Made by a program: the position numbers and the translations under genes. The notes beneath the pieces are model-generated. The model saw only the letters and a list, made by a program, of their open reading frames with translations, was not told the origin of the DNA and searched no databases. Below, one piece after another: positions 1 through 8,041 of a stretch of DNA of 32,000 nt. The DNA comes from Mucisphaera calidilacus (GTDB lineage: Bacteria > Planctomycetota > Phycisphaerae > Phycisphaerales > Phycisphaeraceae): assembly GCF_007748075.1 (NCBI RefSeq), contig NZ_CP036280.1:1440001-1472000 (forward strand), read 5' to 3'. The first letter of the stretch is position 1. The number at the start of each line of letters is the position of its first letter.

Positions 1-582
1 GACGACGCTGAGGCTGCCGTGCGCGAACGGATGGGCGCCTTTGTGTTCGGCGTCGACAGCGAACTGCTGCAGGAAGCGGCCGTGAGGCTTCTCGGGGATA
101 AATCAATCACCGTGGCCACCGCAGAAAGCTGCACCGGCGGCAAGGTCGCAGCCGCCCTCACCGACGTCGCCGGTTCGAGCGCGGTCTACCCGGGAGGTTG
201 GGTGACCTACGCCAACGAGCAGAAAGCCGCCAACCTGGGCGTCGACGCGGCACTGATCGAAGCCGAGGGAGCGGTGAGTCACGCCGTCGCCTGCGCGATG
301 GCCGAGGGGGCACGCCGAGAGGCGGGGGTGGACCTGGCCATCTCAACGACGGGCATCGCGGGACCGAGCGGGGGCACCGACACGAAACCGGTCGGAACCG
401 TCTGGTTCGGCCTGGCCGACGTCGGCGGGAGCCGCGCCTGGCACGCACACCTGCGCGGGAACAGAACCATGGTTCGCGACCGGGCGAGGATGATCGCCCT
501 GCAGATCGTCCGGTTCGCGGCGCTCGGCGATGACCCGGCAGGCATCGAGTGGCTCTCCGAGGCCGTGCCAGAGGGTGTGTGA
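1..582 (+). CDS. cinA: CinA-family protein, C-terminal nicotinamide-nucleotide amidohydrolase (PncC) domain; 5' end lies outside the window
   Basis: The frame is open from base 1, and the listed ORF 19..582 is the in-window part. The translation carries CinA/PncC hallmarks ATAESCTGGKVAAALTDVAGSS, GWVTYANEQK, ISTTGIAGPSGG and PVGTVWFGL. Stop TGA at 580-582. Confidence 0.8.
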   Translation, partial: DDAEAAVRERMGAFVFGVDSELLQEAAVRLLGDKSITVATAESCTGGKVAAALTDVAGSSAVYPGGWVTYANEQKAANLGVDAALIEAEGAVSHAVACAMAEGARREAGVDLAISTTGIAGPSGGTDTKPVGTVWFGLADVGGSRAWHAHLRGNRTMVRDRARMIALQIVRFAALGDDPAGIEWLSEAVPEGV

Positions 583-621
583 TCGACGCGAGGTTGTGCG
601 GGGGCGTTACAGTGATCGCCG

Positions 622-1401
622 ATGGAGTCAATGACGATGAGTGATGCCACGCCAACGCCGACGACCGAACCACCGCTGCCCGCCACGGGGCGGCTCGACC
701 TCCACGCGCACCTGATCCCCGACGTCGACGACGGCTCACGCAGCTACGACGAGACGGTCGCCCTCGTGCAACGCCTCAAACGCGCGGACTACAGCGGCTC
801 GGTCTGCACGCCTCACGTCTGGCCGGAATTGTTCCCCGACAACACCCCGGCGAAGATCGCCGACCTGACCGCCGGGCTCCGCGGACACCTGGCCGACAAC
901 GGCATCGACTACACGCTCTGGGACGGCGGCGAGCTCCGGCTCTTCGAGGGCGTGACGGCATGGCTCAAGGCCAACGGCGTGCCCACGCTCGGGCCGTCTC
1001 GGGCCGTGCTCTGCGACTTCTGGGAAGCAGAATGGCCAACGTTCGTGGACGAGGCCTTCGAGTGGATGCTCAGCGAGGGCTACCAGCCGCTGCTGGCGCA
1101 CCCCGAACGCATCCCGATGACCGAGGGACTCGAGGCCGAACTCGACCGCGTCCAGGCGCTCGGCGTGATGCTGCAGGGCAACCTGCGCTGCCTGACCGAT
1201 GAAGAATCGCCCCTGTCTCGACTGCGTGCACGGGCCTACCTGCAGGACGGCCGCTACAGCGTCATGGCACTCGACGTCCACCGCGCGGACAGCCTCGACA
1301 GCCGTATCGACGGGCTGGGGCTCGGCGCAGAACTCGTGGGGGCGGAACTGATCGACGAACTGACGATGGCGGCGCCCCGGAAGCTGCTTCAGATCGCCTG
1401 A
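622..1401 (+). CDS. PHP-family protein-tyrosine phosphatase, CpsB/YwqE-like
   Basis: LDLHAHLIPDVDDG, TPH, GGELR, AHPER and LDVH occur in the same order as the metal-binding motifs of CpsB/YwqE. In-frame ATGs at 622, 631 and 637 leave the exact start uncertain. Confidence 0.7.
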   Translation: MESMTMSDATPTPTTEPPLPATGRLDLHAHLIPDVDDGSRSYDETVALVQRLKRADYSGSVCTPHVWPELFPDNTPAKIADLTAGLRGHLADNGIDYTLWDGGELRLFEGVTAWLKANGVPTLGPSRAVLCDFWEAEWPTFVDEAFEWMLSEGYQPLLAHPERIPMTEGLEAELDRVQALGVMLQGNLRCLTDEESPLSRLRARAYLQDGRYSVMALDVHRADSLDSRIDGLGLGAELVGAELIDELTMAAPRKLLQIA

Positions 1402-1402
1402 C

Positions 1403-2320
1403 TCAACCCTGCAGCGAGAGGTCATCCATCGGCAGGGGGGTGACCTCGGGTTCGAGCCGGGCGTGGTTGCGGGAGGCGAGGATGTTGTTGTCGGCGAGCT
1501 CGGCCATGTTCTCGAAAGTCAGACGCCGGTAGCTCCCGCCCCGTTGACCGGACGGAACCCAGCCGTACAGCCCATAGCCCAGGGGATCGAGCAGCCGGAA
1601 ACAGCCCTCGGCCGGCTCCCGGCCGTGCGTCGCGATCACCAGGTGTGGCGCGTGGGTCTCAAGCGTCTCACGCGCCCCCCTGAGCACGATGACCTCTGCC
1701 CCCTCGGTGTCGATCTTCATCGCGGTCGGCGGCGGTTCAAGGGCCTCGGCAACAAACGTGTCCAGACGCATCATGCGCACAGACTCGGTCATCCCCGGGA
1801 GTCCGGCGTTGAGACGCCCCTCCGCGGGCTGCCCGCCCGAAACCCGATCGAGAACCGCTGACCCGTCGGTGATGTCATCGACCTGCAGCAACTCGTCGCC
1901 GTCAGTGTCGCCCAACGCGATCTCGTGAAGCCGAATCACGTCCGCCCTGGGACAGAGCTCGATGTTCCGCCGGGCCAGGTCGATGTTCTGCGTCATCGGC
2001 TCGAAGCCGGCGACACGCCGGACGGGAAAATGGCTGGCGATGAATCGCGCGTAGTAGCCGATGTTCAGGCCGACGTCATAAAAAACAGCATCCGGGTCAA
2101 TCACCCGCTCGAACATCGCGAGGTTGCGCGCGTGGCCGCTGAGGGCCCGGCTGCCATAGAGCCAGTGATGCCGCTTGAGCCGGAACTGGAAGGGCCCGAG
2201 ATAGTCGACCCGCGTGGTGACCTTGCTGTCGGGCATGGCGTACCGGATCGCCCGAGCCACCGAGCGCAGCGGGCCTGAGGATCGGACGAGGTTGTAGAGG
2301 GGCAGGTACCAGCCGGCCAT
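1403..2320 (-). CDS. FkbM-family SAM-dependent methyltransferase
   Basis: FYDVGLNIGYYARF...VAGFEPMTQNIDLARRNIE and MKIDTEGAEVIVLRGARETL match the FkbM-family pattern (DxGANxG...FEP; KIDxEGxE). The ATG at 2320 has GGAG 5 nt upstream. The longer ORF to 2416 adds an Arg-rich 32-residue extension with no SD. Confidence 0.75.
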   Translation of the reverse strand: MAGWYLPLYNLVRSSGPLRSVARAIRYAMPDSKVTTRVDYLGPFQFRLKRHHWLYGSRALSGHARNLAMFERVIDPDAVFYDVGLNIGYYARFIASHFPVRRVAGFEPMTQNIDLARRNIELCPRADVIRLHEIALGDTDGDELLQVDDITDGSAVLDRVSGGQPAEGRLNAGLPGMTESVRMMRLDTFVAEALEPPPTAMKIDTEGAEVIVLRGARETLETHAPHLVIATHGREPAEGCFRLLDPLGYGLYGWVPSGQRGGSYRRLTFENMAELADNNILASRNHARLEPEVTPLPMDDLSLQG

Positions 2321-2495
2321 GGATGCTCCAGGGGGTTCGTCTCTGGGATATCGGTCGCGAGAGCGGTCCAGAGCGTATCGGAGGCGGGCAGACACAACAA
2401 AGAGTCGGGCTGGCATGACCTAGGCAAGCTGGGCAGACAGGGGAATACCGCGGGTAACTGATGAAGAAAAAACATGGGTCAGGTGCCGCTCTGTC

Positions 2496-2523
2496 TTGAC
2501 AGCGGCCTCAGGTTATGTAACTT
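2496..2523 (+). promoter_or_regulatory. Candidate sigma70-type promoter for the downstream H-X9-DG gene
   Basis: TTGACA (2496-2501), a 16-nt spacer, then TAACTT (2518-2523) in a lower-GC divergent intergenic region. A 7-bp-stem hairpin GTAAGAG/CTCTTAC at 2549-2571 lies in the putative leader. Pattern match only. Confidence 0.3.
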
Positions 2524-2653
2524 CAATAACAGTGCCTGCGTATTACCTGTAAGAGAGAGTTCGCCTCTTACAACCTGAATCTGCTCTAAACCTGATGCAC
2601 AGGCACCGGCTGTCGGTTTGCTGCATCATTTCTTGTACGAACGGAATTTTAAG

Positions 2654-3604
2654 ATGTCATCGATGCGTCCAGTTCGGGGTTTTACGCTGATCGAACTGCT
2701 CGTGGTGATCTCCATCATCGCGCTGCTCATCGGAATCCTCCTGCCGGCACTCGGCGCGGCCCGGGCAACGGCACGAGGCGCGGTCTGCCAATCCAACAAT
2801 CGCAACATCACGACGGCGCTGAATGTTTATGCCGTAGATAACCGCGGTGTCTGGCCCTCGCGAGGCGCCTTGGTCGATGACCCCGACTATCCGGAGGACA
2901 AACGCAACGTCGGATGGATTCCCGGTGTCTCGCTGCAGGGCAAAGATTCCGAGGTCCTCGAAGATGGCTCACTCTTTGAGTATCTCAACAACGTCGAGGT
3001 GCTGAGTTGTCCGAGTGACGATTACGCCGAGGAGAGCGCCGGACTGTCCTACACGATGAATAGCTTCATTCATGACATCCAGAGCAATCAGTCGCTGGGT
3101 GTCACGAATCGACCCGGCTTCGAAGCGAGTAACGGCAAACTCTATTCAGATGCCAACAAGTTCCGCTCGCCCTCGCAACTCATCGCCATGGTCGATGAGG
3201 GGGGGCCGAATATTGAATACATCAAGGTGATGACCGGTCAGGATGTCTCCAGTTTGTCCGAGGCAGGCGTCAACGACGGGTACTTCCAGTGGATCTGGAG
3301 CGACGAGCCTCTCGGCAACAGCTACGGCGACAAGACCAAGTGGTATCACCAGGGTTCTGCGGCCTTTGGCTTCGCCGACGGACATGGTGAACTCCGCTCC
3401 AAGACAGATCCTGAAGTCATCAACTTCCGGGGGCACTCCTTCAAGTTCAAGGTCGGTGCCAGCGGTTCGCGTACCTTCGGATTCGGCAAGCTGTGGGATC
3501 CCCTCGGCGAAGCTCCGCTTGACATCTATGACGCTGAGCCAGCCTCCGGTGGTGGCGATGGAGGTGACGGCGGAGACGACGGTGGTCGCCCGTCACGGCC
3601 ATAA
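2654..3604 (+). CDS. Prepilin-type N-terminal cleavage/methylation domain protein with C-terminal H-X9-DG motif (DUF1559-like pseudopilin-like protein)
   Basis: N-terminus MSSMRPVRG|[28 protein letters not shown] is a class III (prepilin) signal. HQGSAAFGFADG (nt 3347-3382) fits H-X9-DG exactly. There is a Gly/Asp-rich tail, GGGDGGDGGDDGG. The ATG at 2654 is preferred over the TTG at 2618. Confidence 0.85.
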   Translation: MSSMRPVRGFTLIELLVVISIIALLIGILLPALGAARATARGAVCQSNNRNITTALNVYAVDNRGVWPSRGALVDDPDYPEDKRNVGWIPGVSLQGKDSEVLEDGSLFEYLNNVEVLSCPSDDYAEESAGLSYTMNSFIHDIQSNQSLGVTNRPGFEASNGKLYSDANKFRSPSQLIAMVDEGGPNIEYIKVMTGQDVSSLSEAGVNDGYFQWIWSDEPLGNSYGDKTKWYHQGSAAFGFADGHGELRSKTDPEVINFRGHSFKFKVGASGSRTFGFGKLWDPLGEAPLDIYDAEPASGGGDGGDGGDDGGRPSRP

Positions 3605-3800
3605 GCCCTTTTTATAACTATAAGTCTCTATAAGACTTGATCGAGGGCTGATCCTCGGACACACTACGGTTGGCTTGTTGTCAGAATAATTTCTAAGGAG
3701 GAAGAATACGAGATCTGAGAGCGACACGAGCACGGGTTGTCGTGTGAGAGTGTTTCCCGTTCAGGCGTCGCTCGGAGGTCCTGATTCGACTTGATGATGC

Positions 3801-3821
3801 GGGGAAACAAGTTGTTTCCCC
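3801..3821 (+). promoter_or_regulatory. Perfect 9-bp-stem hairpin in the leader/intergenic region upstream of the PEP-CTERM protein gene
   Basis: GGGGAAACA-agt-TGTTTCCCC with no following T-tract, so it is not a classic intrinsic terminator. It is immediately followed by TTGACC (3823-3828). The ATG at 3875 is preceded by GAGGAG. Confidence 0.3.
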
Positions 3822-3874
3822 CTTGACCTGCCCCTTGTTACCCCGTTCTTAACCCCGATGAGGAGAATTCACCC

Positions 3875-5773
3875 ATGAATCGTATTTCCACCCATCATCT
3901 CATGACCGCGGCACTGGCGACCGCCGTCACCGGCTTCTTCGCCGGAACCGCTCTGGCCGTCCCCTACGCCTCGGGCGTGAAGCAGGTTGGCAACACCGTC
4001 ACCTACGTCCTGAACGAAGAGGCCGATACCGTCACCATCACCCGCGATGGCGGCAGCGCCCTGGTCAGCAACAACGTGGCCCGAGGCGTCTACACCTTCG
4101 ACATGACCGGATTCGCGGATTTCGAGATCCAGGTTGATCACTCGGCCCCCGTCGGCTGGGCCTCCGTCGCCAACGGCTTCCAGAACCAGATCAGCTCGGA
4201 ATCCAACCAGTTCCTCGACATCGAGCGCCCCAGCGGCCTCGAGGTCAACAAGAACCCCGGCAGCGAGCACTTCGGCAACATCTACATCGTCAGCTCCACC
4301 GAGTTCGGCACCGTCAACGGCCGCACCATGGGCGACGGCATCTACGTGCTCAACGCAGCGGGTGATGAATCCAACGGCGTCACCGACCCCAACGACACCT
4401 CCGCCGCACGCACCGCCGGCTTCGACTTCACCGGCACCTCCACCTCGCCCTGGAAGCTCTCCATCGGCGAAGACGACACCGTCTACGCGACCGACTGGTC
4501 CGACGCCAAGGGCGGCATTCGCTACTTCGACCCGACCATCACCACCGGCGGCCTGGTCCTCGCGACCGAAGGCGGCCCCGTTGACGGCAACCCCGACGGC
4601 GTGCACGGCTCCATCATGAGTGTCGCCAGCGTCACCGGCTCGCTCGCCGGCGGCGACCTCGTCGTCTGGGCCATGGACGAAGACCTCGCCAACAACCACC
4701 TCGACGTGGTCAACAGCGGCGCCGTCAGCAACAACAACGGCAACCACATCTGGAAGTGGAACGTCGGCGGCACCGAGGCATCGACCGTCCTGCCCGAGCT
4801 GGTGATCGACCTCACCACCATCGGACCCAACGGCGACAACACCTTCTCCGACGGCGCCGGCCCCGTGATGTTCACCGACATCCGTGGCGTCTGGGCCGAC
4901 TTCTGGCGCGACCCCGAGACCGGCAACTTCTACATGACCCAGCCGCGTAACGACGGCAACGAGGCCGGCCTGCTCATCTTCGACGCGGACGGCAACGAGC
5001 TGTTCAACTCGCGAGAGTGGACCCTCGCCAACGGCCTCGATGGCTTCGTCGATGACATCGACTCGGCCCCGACCCTCGGCGTCCAGGACGTCTTCCGCTT
5101 CATCCACACGGCACGCACCTCGCCGGACGGCGAGTTCATCGCGCTCCACGCTCGCACCAACCCCTTCGACGCTCAGAACCCGCTGACCGATCAGCCGGGC
5201 GACGACGGTGAGCTCGGAACCGATGACGACACAGGCGAAGCCGTCTACATCTTCCCGTTGCTCGAGAACGGCCTCCCCGACCTGACGCTTGACCTCACCG
5301 GCGACAAGCCGCTGTTCGCCAATATGCAGACGGTCGCGGCCCACGACTCGGGCAGCAGCAACAGCCGCTCCGAGGTCATCTGGGACCTCGCCGGCAACCT
5401 CTACGTCACCATGAACATCGACGAGAAGGTCCGTATCTTCGGCCCCGGCGGCGACAGCGAAGCCATCACCAGCTCCGACGGCACCTTCACCATCAACGGC
5501 GTGACCTACGGTGGCGGCGATGAACCGGGCATCCCCGGCGACGCGAACGGCGACGGCAAGGTTGACCTGCTCGACCTCTCGATCCTCGCCAGCAACTTCG
5601 ACGGCACCGACACCCCGTACGACGTGTCGGACGGCGACTTCAACGGCGACGGTTTCGTCAACCTGCTCGACCTGTCGATCCTCGCCAGCAACTTCGAGAC
5701 CAGCCCGGCTCCGGAACCCGCCGCTGCGGGCCTCCTCGGCCTCGGCGCCATGGCCCTCCTGCGTCGCCGCTAA
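3875..5773 (+). CDS. Secreted protein (possible beta-propeller-like body) with two dockerin-like Ca-binding repeats and a PEP-CTERM sorting signal
   Basis: Signal peptide MNRISTHHLMTAALATAVTGFFAGTALA. C-terminus GDANGDGKVDLLDLSILASNF...DGDFNGDGFVNLLDLSILASNF is followed by PAPEPAAAGLLGLGAMALLRRR (PEP motif, TM helix, basic tail). GAGGAG SD lies 9 nt upstream. The body call is a weak impression only. Confidence 0.8.
   Translation: MNRISTHHLMTAALATAVTGFFAGTALAVPYASGVKQVGNTVTYVLNEEADTVTITRDGGSALVSNNVARGVYTFDMTGFADFEIQVDHSAPVGWASVANGFQNQISSESNQFLDIERPSGLEVNKNPGSEHFGNIYIVSSTEFGTVNGRTMGDGIYVLNAAGDESNGVTDPNDTSAARTAGFDFTGTSTSPWKLSIGEDDTVYATDWSDAKGGIRYFDPTITTGGLVLATEGGPVDGNPDGVHGSIMSVASVTGSLAGGDLVVWAMDEDLANNHLDVVNSGAVSNNNGNHIWKWNVGGTEASTVLPELVIDLTTIGPNGDNTFSDGAGPVMFTDIRGVWADFWRDPETGNFYMTQPRNDGNEAGLLIFDADGNELFNSREWTLANGLDGFVDDIDSAPTLGVQDVFRFIHTARTSPDGEFIALHARTNPFDAQNPLTDQPGDDGELGTDDDTGEAVYIFPLLENGLPDLTLDLTGDKPLFANMQTVAAHDSGSSNSRSEVIWDLAGNLYVTMNIDEKVRIFGPGGDSEAITSSDGTFTINGVTYGGGDEPGIPGDANGDGKVDLLDLSILASNFDGTDTPYDVSDGDFNGDGFVNLLDLSILASNFETSPAPEPAAAGLLGLGAMALLRRR
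5537..5697 (+). repeat. Two tandem dockerin-type (EF-hand-like) repeats within the CDS
   Basis: GDANGDGKVDLLDLSILASNF and DGDFNGDGFVNLLDLSILASNF. PEP-CTERM follows from nt 5711 (ccg gaa ccc). Confidence 0.75.
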
Positions 5774-5806
5774 GCGACAACGGATCGCCAATCTGAATCA
5801 CGCAGG

Positions 5807-5835
5807 CCCCGGCTTACGAGCCGGGGTCTTTTTTT
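5807..5835 (+). terminator. Rho-independent terminator after the PEP-CTERM protein gene
   Basis: An 8-bp GC-rich stem CCCCGGCT (5807-5814) / AGCCGGGG (5819-5826) with loop TACG, followed by TCTTTTTTTATT. It lies between convergent genes. On the minus strand, for ispH, the hairpin has no trailing U-tract. Confidence 0.7.
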
Positions 5836-5859
5836 ATTATCTGATGGATGAGCGGTGAC

Positions 5860-6798
5860 TCAGGCGTTCTGCTTCATGACCCGCAGCGTGACCGGGAGGT
5901 TGAAGTGCATCTCCTCCTCCACCACAAGTCGATCCTCGGTCTTGCCGCCATAGGTCTTCTCGAGGTGGTGGACGATCTCCTGCACCAGATCTTCGGGCGC
6001 GGAAGCTCCTGCGGTAACCAGAACGGAGTTGACCCCCTCGAACCACGCGTCCCTGAGTTCGGTAACGTCGTCCATCAGGTAGGCCCGGGTGCCGATGTTC
6101 TCGCTGATCTCGGTCAGCCGCACGGAATTCGAGCTGTTCTTGGAGCCGACAACCAGAACAAGATCCGCCTCGGTGGCCAGATCGCGGACGGCGTGCTGCC
6201 GGTTGGTGGTGGCGTAGCAGATGTCCTCGCTCGGCGGCGACTTGATCTGCGGGAACTTGTCCTCCAGCGCGGAGATAATGATCTGCGCATCGTCCATACT
6301 CAGCGTGGTCTGTGTGAGGTAGACCAGGGGTACGTCGTCGCTGATCTGGAGTCGCTCGACGTCTGCTGCCGACTCGACGATCGTGATGGCGTCGGGAGCC
6401 TCGCCAACCGTGCCGACGACCTCGTCGTGCCCGGCGTGCCCGACAAGGATGATGCGGAAGCCCTGCCTGGCGTAGCGGACGGCCTCCATGTGGACTTTGG
6501 TCACCAGCGGGCAGGTGGCGTCGATCATCGTGCAGCCGCGACTTTTGGCCGCGTTGCGGACCTCGGGGCTGACGCCATGCGCCGAGAAGATGACGGTGGA
6601 GTTGGAGGGAACATCGTCGATGTGATCGACGAAGACGACCCCCTGCTCCTCGAAGCGAGCGACGACGTGTCGGTTGTGGACGATCTCGTGATAGACGTAG
6701 AGCGGGGTGCCTACGATCTTCAGGGCCTCATCCACGGTCTGGATGGCCATGTTGACGCCGGCGCAGAAGCCACGGGGGTTGGCGAGCATGATTTTCAT
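5860..6798 (-). CDS. ispH: 4-hydroxy-3-methylbut-2-enyl diphosphate reductase
   Basis: MKIMLANPRGFCAGVNMAI...VYHEIVHNRHVV...DATCPLVTKVH...GHAGHDEV...TTLS...NSSNSVRL are typical IspH/LytB motifs, including the three conserved Cys positions. The ATG at 6798 starts the conserved N-terminus. The ORF extension to 6855 is probably not translated. Confidence 0.9.
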   Translation of the reverse strand: MKIMLANPRGFCAGVNMAIQTVDEALKIVGTPLYVYHEIVHNRHVVARFEEQGVVFVDHIDDVPSNSTVIFSAHGVSPEVRNAAKSRGCTMIDATCPLVTKVHMEAVRYARQGFRIILVGHAGHDEVVGTVGEAPDAITIVESAADVERLQISDDVPLVYLTQTTLSMDDAQIIISALEDKFPQIKSPPSEDICYATTNRQHAVRDLATEADLVLVVGSKNSSNSVRLTEISENIGTRAYLMDDVTELRDAWFEGVNSVLVTAGASAPEDLVQEIVHHLEKTYGGKTEDRLVVEEEMHFNLPVTLRVMKQNA

Positions 6799-7144
6799 GC
6801 CCTGATGATAAGCGACGTCCGCGGCCCGCGTCGTGAGTGGGGTGGGATTACCCACTTTGCCCGGAGCGCCCCGCGTGTGAAACCGCTTTTTGTGTAAGTC
6901 GAGTCAGAGTCGGTAGAAATGACCCAGGCTCGCGACGCATCAGGCGGAATAGGTCTAGGATGGTGGGCGTTGAACGTGCATGAATCGAGATTTGTGAATC
7001 ATGGATGTCAAAGTCAATTATCAGACGCGTAACCATAAAGCAGAGCCTTCGGATGGCCGATCGCGCTCAAGGAGTGAAGTGCGTTTGGAAACAGATCGCC
7101 ACAAGAAGCCGAAGTCGTCGAGACGTGGCCAAGGACAGAAACCC

Positions 7145-8035
7145 ATGGGGAATCGTGCTCTGAAGTCCGGTCTCGAGATTTACCTTAGTCAGATTGATGA
7201 ATCGCCACTCCTGACCGCAGATCAGGAAAAGGAACTCGCGCGGCGGATCATCGAGAAGAACTGCCCCGAAGCACGCGAGCACATGATCCGCTCGAACCTG
7301 CGCCTGGTCGTCGCGATCGCCAAGCGTTACATGAACCGCGGCCTGCCCCTGGTCGACCTCATCGAAGAGGGGAACATCGGCCTGATGCGCGCCGTCGAGG
7401 GATTTGACCCCGATCAGGGCGCTCGGTTCTCGACGTACGGTTGCTGGTGGATCAAGCAGTCGATCAAGCGCGCCCTGATCAACGCCGTGCAGCCGATCCA
7501 CATCCCTGCCTACATGGTCGAGCTGATCGCCAAGTGGAAGCGTGCCTCGCGGGAACTCGAAGAGAAGCTGGGCCGCCAGCCGACGATCGCAGAACTGTCC
7601 AAGGAAATGGACCTGCCCGCCAAGAAGATCCGGATCATCAGCAAGGCGGTCCGGGCCTCCCAGCGGCCGCAGCGTGGCGGATCGGGAGAAGACGATCAGG
7701 CACCGACCCTCTCGGAAATGCTCGCCGACGACAAAGTCATGGCACCCGACGAGCAGGCCACCGTCGAGGACGACCTCAAGACCATCCGCCAGCTGCTCGA
7801 CGCGATTGATGATCGCGAGGCAAAGATCCTGCGCCTTCGCTACGGGCTGGACGGCACGGAGCCGATGACGCTCAAGGACATCGGCGTCGAGATCGGGCTG
7901 ACACGCGAACGCGTGCGTCAGATCGAGATCGAGGCCCTGCGCAAGCTGCAACGCCGACTCGAAAGCGATCGTCCGCTCGCAGCGGTACGCGCCCGTGCCT
8001 CGGTTGAAGAGGATCGTAAACGCCAGTCGGCCTGA
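7145..8035 (+). CDS. Sigma-70 family RNA polymerase sigma factor, compact RpoD/RpoS-like (regions 2, 3, 4)
   Basis: Region 2: NLRLVVAIAKRYMNRGLPLVDLIEEGNIGLMRAVEGFDPDQGARFSTYGCWWIKQSIKRAL. Region 3: IHIPAYMVE. Region 4.2: MTLKDIGVEIGLTRERVRQIEIEALRKL. The ATG at 7145 has AAGGA 9 nt upstream. Codons in 7001-7144 are A/T-ending and unlike the rest of the window, so the longer start is disfavoured. Confidence 0.85.
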   Translation: MGNRALKSGLEIYLSQIDESPLLTADQEKELARRIIEKNCPEAREHMIRSNLRLVVAIAKRYMNRGLPLVDLIEEGNIGLMRAVEGFDPDQGARFSTYGCWWIKQSIKRALINAVQPIHIPAYMVELIAKWKRASRELEEKLGRQPTIAELSKEMDLPAKKIRIISKAVRASQRPQRGGSGEDDQAPTLSEMLADDKVMAPDEQATVEDDLKTIRQLLDAIDDREAKILRLRYGLDGTEPMTLKDIGVEIGLTRERVRQIEIEALRKLQRRLESDRPLAAVRARASVEEDRKRQSA

Positions 8036-8041
8036 CTCGAA

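Noticed and set aside
2321-2416. Longer start for the FkbM methyltransferase at 2416
   Set aside because: There is no SD, and the 32-residue extension is Arg-rich. The ATG at 2320 has GGAG at ideal spacing. This is kept as an alternative, not excluded.
3694-3700. Consensus AAGGAGG suggesting an unannotated small gene
   Set aside because: No ATG, GTG or TTG lies within 4-12 nt downstream. It is retained only as a curiosity in the spacer finding.
3869-5791. 640-aa ORF on the minus strand, almost exactly antisense to the 3875-5773 gene
   Set aside because: It is a shadow ORF typical of high-GC DNA. The translation is low-complexity (A/G/V/D/E-rich, e.g. VEVAGEDRQVEQV), with no signal or domain. 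The plus-strand frame has a signal peptide, dockerin repeats, PEP-CTERM, an SD and a terminator.
5848-6897. 349-aa plus-strand ORF antisense to ispH
   Set aside because: The opposite frame encodes an unmistakable IspH, and this frame has no recognisable motifs. It is a GC-driven open frame.
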